A stretch of DNA of 64,000 nucleotides from an uncultured bacterium (lineage in GTDB: Bacteria > Bacillota_I > Bacilli_A > RF39 > UBA660): the NCBI GenBank assembly GCA_947169285.1, contig CAMVPB010000001.1:77226-141225 (forward strand). The letters are read 5' to 3'. The translations under genes and the position numbers were made by a program. Positions within the stretch are counted from its first letter, which is position 1. The number at the start of each line of letters is the position of its first letter. This document shows positions 57,139 through 64,000 of the stretch, piece by piece. The notes beneath the pieces are model-generated. The model worked only from the letters and a program-made list of their open reading frames with translations. It did not search any database and was not told the DNA's origin.

Positions 57139-59301
57139 ATGAAAAAATTATATAAATTTTTTATAATATTTTTGTTTTTATTATTTTTAAGTGCATGTAA
57201 TAAGAAAGAATACATATATTTTAATTATAATTGTAATGGTAAAGTAGATTATCATAAATGTGAACTAAAAAATAATAAAATAAATTGTAATGTGTTGATT
57301 CCAACTTGTAGTAATCAAAAGTTTTTGGGTTGGTATGAAGCAAATGAATATGAAATTTCAGTTGATTTAACAAAAATTTTTACTAAAAATGAAATATTGT
57401 ATGCAAGATGGGAAACTGTAGAAGAACCATCAAGTCAAATTATAGAAGAGCCAAGTTCGAGCGAAATAGAAGAACCAAGTTCAAATGAAATAGAAGAGCC
57501 AAGTTCGAGTGAACAGCCAAGTAGTAGCCAAAATATTGTTGCAACAAAATACACAATAACATTTAATGCTAATGGAGGAAGTAAAGCACCATCAGCACAA
57601 ACAGTAACATATAATGGGACTTTACCAACTATAAACATAATACCTACAAGAGAAGGATACACATTTATAGGATGGTATGATAGTGTATCAGGAGGTACTC
57701 AATATTATAATTCATCAAATGTAGCAGTAAAAAAATATGATAAAACATCAAATATAACATTGCATGCAGTATGGAAAGCAAAATCATACACAATAACATT
57801 TAACGCTAATGGAGGAAGTGGTACCCCATCATCACAAACAGTAACATATAATGGGACTTTACCAACTATAAGTGTTAAGCCAACAAAAACAGGATACACA
57901 TTTATAGGTTGGTATGATAGTGTATCAGGAGGTACTCAATATTATAATTCATCAAATGTAGCAGTAAAAAAATATGATAAAACATCAAATATAACATTGC
58001 ATGCAGTATGGAAAATAAACGAATTAAAGATAATGTACAATGGAAATGGTGGTAAATGGAATTCTAATAATACTGATCTTACTTCAAATAAAAATGGTGA
58101 TGTTGTTTATAAAACAAATAGTACAAAATATGTTAAGACAGTTTATTATGGCGATAAAAACATTGATTTAGCAAATTATGATAATGCTAAATTTATAAGT
58201 TTCAAAAAAGATGGCTATATAGCACCTAGTGGTTCAGAATGGAAAGTAGGGTCAAAAACTTTTGCAGATAATAAAAAATTAAAAGCAACAGATTTGGCAT
58301 TAGCAGGTGGGTGTGATTTATCAAAAGGAAATTGTAGCATCACATTAAAAATTAATTGGAAAAGTAATGAAATCACACCATTAGCTCAAGGAAAAATAAT
58401 ATATAAGCAAAATACAGAAACACTAAAAGTAAAAATTCAAAAAAGAACAGATGTAAATAAAAGCAATTATTATTTAACATATATATGGGTTGAAGATCCA
58501 TATACTCAAAGCAATAAAGCACATGCTAAAAATTACCCAAATGCTTTGCAGCCAACTAAAGGCATTCTTGAAAATGAAGTTAAAAATGAAAAACTAAAAA
58601 ATAAATTAGTTATTGCAACAAATGCAAGCGCTTATTACAATAGTAGTTACTCAAATTGCAAAAGTCAATGGGATAAATACAATCAAAAAGTAGGTAAAAA
58701 AGAATGTGGAGAAGGATTAAATAGTTGTTTCTGCTACCCTGCTAAAACTTCTTCTAATTTATATAGTCAAAAATATGTTAATACACAAGTAGGTAACTTA
58801 GTCATTACTAAAGGAAAAGTATTTAGAAATTGGCCTCAACAAGAAGCTGTTGACACTTCAAATACTCTTGATTTATATGGAATAGACCCAAATGGCACTT
58901 TTAGAATTTTTAGAAATATAAATGGTGGAAATGAAACTTCACGTAAAAAACTATACAAAAAAATAATTAATACAGGCATTAAAAACACAATAGTTTGGAA
59001 TGTTCCAATAATACTTGAGGGAAAGGTTGTTGGATGGCAAAATAATCAAAGCCTTAAAAATATAACAGCTTTTTGCCAAGTAGATAAGAATAACTTTGTA
59101 ATTTTTAGTGCACGAAAAGCAGTTTATAGTTATTTAGTGCCACAAGACTTTAAAGCACTTGGGTGTAAAAATGCAGTTAATTTTGATGGCGGAGGTTCAG
59201 TTGAACTATTATATAAAAATCGTGGTGGAGATGTAACTAGAATATTTAATTCATATGGTGATAATGCCAATGCCGAAATTTTCTATTTTACCGAAAAATA
59301 A
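57139..59301 (+). CDS. lipoprotein with Listeria-Bacteroides (Flg_new) repeats and C-terminal phosphodiester glycosidase (NAGPA-like) domain
   Basis: Lipobox LLFLSAC; EEPSS acidic repeats; two near-identical ...TITFNANGGS...TGYTFIGWYD... units; C-terminal ...AVNFDGGGSVELL... Confidence 0.6.
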   Translation: MKKLYKFFIIFLFLLFLSACNKKEYIYFNYNCNGKVDYHKCELKNNKINCNVLIPTCSNQKFLGWYEANEYEISVDLTKIFTKNEILYARWETVEEPSSQIIEEPSSSEIEEPSSNEIEEPSSSEQPSSSQNIVATKYTITFNANGGSKAPSAQTVTYNGTLPTINIIPTREGYTFIGWYDSVSGGTQYYNSSNVAVKKYDKTSNITLHAVWKAKSYTITFNANGGSGTPSSQTVTYNGTLPTISVKPTKTGYTFIGWYDSVSGGTQYYNSSNVAVKKYDKTSNITLHAVWKINELKIMYNGNGGKWNSNNTDLTSNKNGDVVYKTNSTKYVKTVYYGDKNIDLANYDNAKFISFKKDGYIAPSGSEWKVGSKTFADNKKLKATDLALAGGCDLSKGNCSITLKINWKSNEITPLAQGKIIYKQNTETLKVKIQKRTDVNKSNYYLTYIWVEDPYTQSNKAHAKNYPNALQPTKGILENEVKNEKLKNKLVIATNASAYYNSSYSNCKSQWDKYNQKVGKKECGEGLNSCFCYPAKTSSNLYSQKYVNTQVGNLVITKGKVFRNWPQQEAVDTSNTLDLYGIDPNGTFRIFRNINGGNETSRKKLYKKIINTGIKNTIVWNVPIILEGKVVGWQNNQSLKNITAFCQVDKNNFVIFSARKAVYSYLVPQDFKALGCKNAVNFDGGGSVELLYKNRGGDVTRIFNSYGDNANAEIFYFTEK
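57551..58020 (+). repeat. 240-bp tandem duplication (2 copies, ~90% identical, ~110 bp identical core) inside the lipoprotein gene
   Basis: Direct comparison of 57556..57795 with 57796..58020. Confidence 0.8.
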
Positions 59302-59322
59302 ACTCAATTTAATAATAAAAAA

Positions 59323-59352
59323 AGGAAGTTAAAATAATACTTCCTTTTTTAT
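59323..59352 (+). terminator. terminator AAAAAGGAAGT-taaaataat-ACTTCCTTTTTT
   Basis: Seen in sequence after lipoprotein gene. Confidence 0.65.
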
Positions 59353-59419
59353 TATAAAAATATGTTTATTTTTTTGATAAAACTATCATTATAATCATAG
59401 AATTTAAAAGGAGAATTTA

Positions 59420-61588
59420 ATGATAAAATATAATAAAGATGTTATAAAAATTCTTAAACAAAGTGAAAAAGAAACATACGAATTAAATGATTCAAAGGTC
59501 ACAATTAACCATTTTATATTGGCAACTTTAAAGCTTGATAATAATATTAAGAAAATTTTTAATAAATTTCATGTTGATTACAAAACATATATAAATAATA
59601 TGACTAAAAATGAAATTAATAGAAAAAGTGATTTAATATTCTATTCTTTAAAATTTAAGAAGATATTAGATTTATCATATGATACCGCAAATAAATATCA
59701 ATCAAACGAAATAAAATTAGAACATATATTCATAACAATTATTGACGAAAATATAGAATTAGAATTGTTAACAAATATTAATTTAAATATAGAAACATTT
59801 TATAAAGAGTTGCTAAATTCATTGAATAAATCAAATGAAATAATAAAAGAAATTGGAACAAACTTAACAGACCTTGCTAAAAATAAAAAATTAAGCAATA
59901 TTATAGGTAGAGAAAAAGAAATAAATCAAATAATTGAAATATTAGCTAGAAAAAATAAAAATAACCCAATTTTAATTGGAGAAGCTGGAGTTGGAAAAAC
60001 TGCTATTGTTGAAGAACTAGCTAATTTAATATCAAACAATAATGTTCCAACATTTTTAAAAAACAAGCAAATAATATCAATAAATATTTCTTCAATAATA
60101 AGTGGCACAAAATATAGAGGTGAATTTGAAGAAAAACTTAACAAAATACTTAAAGAATGTGAGACAAAAGATAATATAATTTTATTCGTAGATGAAATAC
60201 ATACTATAGTTGGAGCTGGTGGTGCAGAAGGAGCAATTGATGCTTCTAATATTTTAAAACCTTCTCTTGCAAGAGGAACAATAAAACTAATAGGTGCTAC
60301 AACAATAAGTGAATATAAAAAAACAATTGCAACTGATAAGGCATTAGATAGACGTTTTCAAAAAGTAATAATAAATACACCTAATAAAGAAGAAACATAC
60401 AATATATTAAAAAGCATTAAAAATGAATATGAAGAATTTCATAATGTAAAAATTAGTGACAAGCTATTAAAAAAAATTAGTGATTTATCTGATAAATATA
60501 TATTAGATCGCAATAATCCAGATAAAAGTATTGACATACTCGATGAAGTTTGCGCAAGTACAAGTGTAATTAAAAACCATAAAATAATACATGATCTAAG
60601 ACAAAAAATATCATGCATTAATAAAATTAAAGAAAATGCTTTAAAAAAAGGTAATTATTTAAAAGCATATAAATGTAAAGAAGAAGAAGAAAATATTTTA
60701 AATAAAATTAATACAAATCTAAATTATAAAAAAGATGTAAGTTTAAATACAATTATAGAAATAATTGAATCAAAATGTAATAGTAAAATTTATGATATAA
60801 ACACAAATAAAAATTATAAATTTCTAAAAGATAATTTAAATAAAAAAATAGTTGGACAAGAAAATGAAATTAACTGTGTTATAAATAGATTAAAAATATT
60901 AAATATGAAAAAAGATAACTTACCAATTTCAATTTTAATAAATGGCCCATCGGGAACAGGTAAAACTTCTTTTGCTATTGAATTTTCAAAAATTACTGGT
61001 AGAAATTTAATAAAATTAAACATGAATGATTTTCAAAATGAAATATCAATAAACAAAATAATTGGTTCACCACAAGGATATATTGGTTATGATGATAATA
61101 ATACTGTTTTAGAAGATTTAAAATTAAACCCTAATTCAATAATATTACTTGATGAAATAGATAAGGCAAATATAAATATAATTAATCTTTTTAGCAAAAT
61201 AATTGAGGAAGGAATAATAAAAAATTCTAAAAATGAAATATTTAATCTTAAAAATACATTTATAATAATGACTTCAAACAATACAAAATGCAAACCTATT
61301 GGATATATAAATAAATCAAAACAAGATGAAACACTTTCCAATAATTTTATAGAAAATATAGACTTCATATTGAATTTTAAAGAACTAAGTGAAGATTCTA
61401 TTAAAAAGATAATAAATAATTACATAAAAGATTTTAATCATAATTATAATACAAATATAAAACTTAATAATAAAGAAATAGAAAACATAATTGATAAAAG
61501 TTCATATAAAGAAAATGGTGCTAAAAGCATTAAAAAATTATTAAATACTTATTTAGAAAAAGAATTACTTTCTATAACCTCTTTATAA
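59420..61588 (+). CDS. highly diverged ClpA/ClpC-like double-AAA+ ATPase
   Basis: Clp_N-like N-terminus; D1 Walker A ILIGEAGVGKTAIVEELA, Walker B ILFVDEIH, sensor ...DRRFQKV; D2 Walker A ILINGPSGTGKTSFA, Walker B ILLDEIDKA; extreme N/K/I bias. Confidence 0.6.
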   Translation: MIKYNKDVIKILKQSEKETYELNDSKVTINHFILATLKLDNNIKKIFNKFHVDYKTYINNMTKNEINRKSDLIFYSLKFKKILDLSYDTANKYQSNEIKLEHIFITIIDENIELELLTNINLNIETFYKELLNSLNKSNEIIKEIGTNLTDLAKNKKLSNIIGREKEINQIIEILARKNKNNPILIGEAGVGKTAIVEELANLISNNNVPTFLKNKQIISINISSIISGTKYRGEFEEKLNKILKECETKDNIILFVDEIHTIVGAGGAEGAIDASNILKPSLARGTIKLIGATTISEYKKTIATDKALDRRFQKVIINTPNKEETYNILKSIKNEYEEFHNVKISDKLLKKISDLSDKYILDRNNPDKSIDILDEVCASTSVIKNHKIIHDLRQKISCINKIKENALKKGNYLKAYKCKEEEENILNKINTNLNYKKDVSLNTIIEIIESKCNSKIYDINTNKNYKFLKDNLNKKIVGQENEINCVINRLKILNMKKDNLPISILINGPSGTGKTSFAIEFSKITGRNLIKLNMNDFQNEISINKIIGSPQGYIGYDDNNTVLEDLKLNPNSIILLDEIDKANINIINLFSKIIEEGIIKNSKNEIFNLKNTFIIMTSNNTKCKPIGYINKSKQDETLSNNFIENIDFILNFKELSEDSIKKIINNYIKDFNHNYNTNIKLNNKEIENIIDKSSYKENGAKSIKKLLNTYLEKELLSITSL

Positions 61589-61634
61589 ATTGTTTGTTAA
61601 GTGATAAAATATATTTATTGAAAGGATATATTTT

Positions 61635-62306
61635 ATGACATATTTATTAGTTATATTAGGGATAATGGCCTTACCATTACTATCACAAGTATATATAAAT
61701 TTTACTTATAAAAAATATTTAAAACATGATTCAAGTCAAAATATCTCAGGATTTGAAGTTGCTAGAAAAATATTAGATTCAAATAGATTAAATGATATAC
61801 ACATAGTAGCAACCCCAGGAATGCTTACAGATCATTATGATCCATCAAGAAATGTAATAAGATTATCAAATGATATATTTGATAAAAATACAATTTCATC
61901 TGTTTCAGTTGCAGCTCATGAATGTGGTCATGCACTACAAAAAAAAGATGGATACCTGTTTATGAAAATAAGAACATTCTTAGTTCCAATAGTTAATTTT
62001 TCAAATAAAATAGCTTACATAATATTATTTATAGGATTCTTATTAGAGTATTCAGGATTAATAGAGATAGCTATTGTATTAATGTCTACTGGTGTTTTAT
62101 TTCAGTTAATAACATTGCCAGTTGAGATAAATGCATCTAAAAGAGCAAAAAAGGAATTAATAAAACTAAATTTAATTAACAAAGAAGAAGAAACTAAAGT
62201 AACAAATGTATTAACGGCGGCAGCTCTTACTTACGTAGCTGGATTATTATCATCATTACTAGAATTATTTAGATTAGTACTAATAATAAACAATAGAAGA
62301 AACTAA
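61635..62306 (+). CDS. membrane zinc metallopeptidase (YugP/Zn_peptidase_2-like)
   Basis: HECGHALQ zinc-binding motif, TM segments, 223 aa. Confidence 0.6.
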   Translation: MTYLLVILGIMALPLLSQVYINFTYKKYLKHDSSQNISGFEVARKILDSNRLNDIHIVATPGMLTDHYDPSRNVIRLSNDIFDKNTISSVSVAAHECGHALQKKDGYLFMKIRTFLVPIVNFSNKIAYIILFIGFLLEYSGLIEIAIVLMSTGVLFQLITLPVEINASKRAKKELIKLNLINKEEETKVTNVLTAAALTYVAGLLSSLLELFRLVLIINNRRN

Positions 62307-62317
62307 ATTAAAGTAAA

Positions 62318-62373
62318 CACATTTATTAAAATGTGTTTTTTAATAAAATAAAAAGAAGTATTTCTACTTCTAA
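62318..62373. terminator. two terminator hairpins (AACACATT-tattaa-AATGTGTT+T-run for + strand; AGAAGTA-tttc-TACTTCT for minus-strand rpsR)
   Basis: Seen in sequence between convergent genes. Confidence 0.55.
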
Positions 62374-62577
62374 TTAACAAATTTCCATAAATCTTGCTCT
62401 TTTTACTTGTTTAGCAATATATCTTTGATGAAGTGCACAAGCACCTGTCATTCTTCTAGGTAATATTTTACCTTTCTCATTTATATATTTACTAATTACT
62501 TGAGCATCTTTATAATCTACTGATTTGCCAGCACACATTTGACAAATCTTTTTCTTTCTTTGATAAAACTCTGCCAT
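62374..62577 (-). CDS. rpsR: 30S ribosomal protein S18
   Basis: 67 aa; ...YKDAQVISKYINEKGKILPRRMTG...KQVKRARFM... S18 pattern. Confidence 0.85.
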   Translation of the reverse strand: MAEFYQRKKKICQMCAGKSVDYKDAQVISKYINEKGKILPRRMTGACALHQRYIAKQVKRARFMEIC

Positions 62578-62594
62578 TTTTTTCTCCTTCCTAA

Positions 62595-63071
62595 TTAGAA
62601 TGGTAAATCATCATCTGTAATAGCGATTTCATTACCAAAATCTTTATATGGATCCCCATCAGGAACTTCTATCTCATTTGCTTGTATATCCATAGGAGCT
62701 TCTGGAATTTGATCCATAAAGTTAGTATCTGCTACATAATTAGAATTTCCTTCTTTTTTACTTCCTAAGAATTCAACTCTATCTGCAATAACATCTGTTA
62801 CATATCTTTTTGTGCCATCTTGAGCATCATAACTTCTAGATTGTAATCTTCCTTCAACACCTACTTGACTGCCTTTAAAACAATATTTTGATACATTAGC
62901 AGCTTGTTTCCCAAATACTGATACATTGAAGAAATCAGCATCATAATTTCCATCTTTATTCTTAAATGTTCTAGTAACCGCCAATGAAAAAGATGCAACT
63001 GAAAGTCCACTACCTGTTGTTCTAAGCTCAGGATCCTTTGTCAATCTTCCTGTTAATAATACTTTGTTCAT
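62595..63071 (-). CDS. ssb: single-stranded DNA-binding protein
   Basis: MNKVLLTGRLTKDPELRTT...; acidic tail ending DDDLPF; rpsF-ssb-rpsR context. Confidence 0.9.
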   Translation of the reverse strand: MNKVLLTGRLTKDPELRTTGSGLSVASFSLAVTRTFKNKDGNYDADFFNVSVFGKQAANVSKYCFKGSQVGVEGRLQSRSYDAQDGTKRYVTDVIADRVEFLGSKKEGNSNYVADTNFMDQIPEAPMDIQANEIEVPDGDPYKDFGNEIAITDDDLPF

Positions 63072-63072
63072 A

Positions 63073-63360
63073 TTACTCCTCTTCTTTTACTATTAAATGT
63101 CTTAAAATTCTTTCATCAATTTTCATTCTTCTATCTAGTTCTGCAATTGTTTTAGCATTGCATTCTGTGTTAATAAGATAATAATATCCTCTAACTTCTT
63201 TCTTGATAGGATGAGCAAATTTTTTAGAACCTAAATCTTTTAAATTAACAGATTTAGCTTTGACATCTTTTAATAAAGATTCATATGTTTTAGAAGCTTC
63301 TTTAACATCTTTTTCTTCTAAATTAGCTTTTACTATAAACATAACTTCATATTTGTTCAT
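63073..63360 (-). CDS. rpsF: 30S ribosomal protein S6
   Basis: MNKYEVMFIVKANLEE... after AAGGAGG RBS; track ORF over-extended upstream. Confidence 0.9.
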   Translation of the reverse strand: MNKYEVMFIVKANLEEKDVKEASKTYESLLKDVKAKSVNLKDLGSKKFAHPIKKEVRGYYYLINTECNAKTIAELDRRMKIDERILRHLIVKEEE

Positions 63361-63473
63361 TTCTACACCTCCTTTTGGTCTAACGGCTTCATATTGAAGC
63401 AAGGAACTTTTAAAGTTCACACGTATTATAGCAAATTAAAAGTATAATGTAAACAATTATACTTCTAAAAAAA

Positions 63474-63986
63474 TTATTTATTTAATGCTTTTAATTTATC
63501 ATACCATATACATTGAGCAACGCTCATATAAGGTACCACATAAATTGCGGCAATACCAAATGTAATAGCAACTAATAATATCCATCCAATAAAACTTAGT
63601 CCAAATACAAAGTATTCCCATTTATGTCCTTTCATCATAGCAGCACTATCTTTAATAGTTTGCCATATTTCTGTTTTTCCATCTGCTAATAAATAATTAC
63701 ACATACTTAACATTAATGCAATTATGATACCAGGGATAACTAATAGCATCATTCCAGCACCTACAAATATACCAACTAATAAAGTTACTACAAATATAGG
63801 AAGAAAATTTTTATAAAAATCAAATATAACTTTTATTTCTGGTTTTTCACCTCTTGAGAATTTTAAGATATATGCAACAACACCAATTGTTAATGGCATT
63901 AATGCTATATTAGCTAATGTACTAACAAGTTGGTTAGTACTATAACCATCAGGAAGTTTTCCTGTGTTAAGATAAGTTTGTAACAT
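63474..63986 (-). CDS. polytopic membrane protein (DUF975-like?), start near window edge may be incomplete
   Basis: 170 aa, 4 TM; family assignment tentative. Confidence 0.35.
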   Translation of the reverse strand: MLQTYLNTGKLPDGYSTNQLVSTLANIALMPLTIGVVAYILKFSRGEKPEIKVIFDFYKNFLPIFVVTLLVGIFVGAGMMLLVIPGIIIALMLSMCNYLLADGKTEIWQTIKDSAAMMKGHKWEYFVFGLSFIGWILLVAITFGIAAIYVVPYMSVAQCIWYDKLKALNK

Positions 63987-64000
63987 ATCTGGTGTTACTG

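Noticed and set aside
2484-61368. Numerous 60-120-aa ORFs antisense to or nested in long genes (e.g. 2484, 7374, 14263, 14367, 26736, 28738, 29703, 34625, 40538, 42486, 47251, 47692, 48025, 48868, 50573, 51066, 52769, 53003, 54291, 55857, 57435, 57705, 59926, 60814, 61087)
   Set aside because: All lie inside stronger coding frames on the opposite strand or in another frame. Their composition is typical of AT-rich frame artefacts (F/I/L/S/K rich) and they have no RBS or motifs.

Overview
This is a 64 kb window with very low GC (~27% by eye), almost certainly a Clostridium-like Firmicute. Every call below was made by eye without tools, so coordinates of non-ORF features are approximate (+/-2 nt).

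**Left third, 1-13.2 kb (likely an integrated mobile element).** The window opens with a minus-strand N-acetylmuramoyl-L-alanine amidase (Amidase_3 plus 4 LysM repeats). Its 5' end is cut off within about 18 bp of the stop codon of a large serine recombinase gene. I read this as a gene interrupted by a serine-recombinase integrative element, possibly skin-like.

Cargo of the presumed element:
- A two-gene family of paralogous 700-740 aa proteins. Both share a conserved central domain with a W-C-T...QLAxGDFYV...EI-E-RGI signature and end in BspA-type leucine-rich repeats. One is preceded by an overlapping unlisted 57-aa ORF.
- A 69-aa ORF carrying an Rx4H (HEPN-like) motif.
- A diverged SSB-like OB-fold protein, read as an operon with the 98-aa winged-helix (HTH_36-like) protein below.
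- A 98-aa winged-helix (HTH_36-like) protein.
- A highly structured non-coding stretch. Two copies of a ~37-bp direct repeat are each followed 16 bp later by five tandem 12-bp repeats. The first array has an ATGCAA core and the second an AGGAAG core. This looks iteron-like or centromere-like.
- A second repeat/palindrome cluster built on the 14-mer TTGCTCCCACAGAA (three copies).
- An operon of a family-4-like uracil-DNA glycosylase with three unknown proteins, one DUF4160-like.

**Remainder (looks chromosomal).** From left to right:
- LysR regulator, coaE-coaD, an MBL-fold hydrolase, a NERD protein with a C4 zinc ribbon.
- A second LysR divergent from an operon of two paralogous coiled-coil/C-H-C-C zinc-ribbon proteins plus a canonical Nudix hydrolase. 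A LysR-box-like palindrome lies between them.
- A Fic protein with palindromic upstream sites, murF, a Cys-rich protein, a lipoprotein, a rhodanese-like protein and an EndA/NucA-like nuclease.
- A split Aas-like lipid module (PlsC-like, acyl-CoA ligase, PlsC-like) next to an FtsX-type ABC transporter and an OmpR-type two-component system.
- A T-box leader in front of lysS, two flavodoxin-like proteins, dut and zupT.
- A CotH-DUF4956-VTC cluster, then htrA overlapped by an Abi_2 abortive-infection gene, then an OatA-like acyltransferase-SGNH protein.
- A uracil permease whose leader has a uORF and terminator, then an ABC-2 transporter next to an unusual HTH_XRE-SipW (ER-type signal peptidase) fusion.
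- rplM-rpsI with a consensus promoter, a Cys-paired repeat surface protein, dusB and a kinase-like protein.
- A lipoprotein with Flg_new (Listeria-Bacteroides) repeats plus a phosphodiester-glycosidase domain, containing a 240-bp tandem duplication.
- A very AT-rich, highly diverged ClpA/C-like double-AAA+ ATPase followed by a zinc metallopeptidase.
- rpsF-ssb-rpsR.

I saw no rRNA, tRNA or CRISPR array. Most short ORFs in the track that lie antisense to long genes are AT-rich frame artefacts and are not listed.
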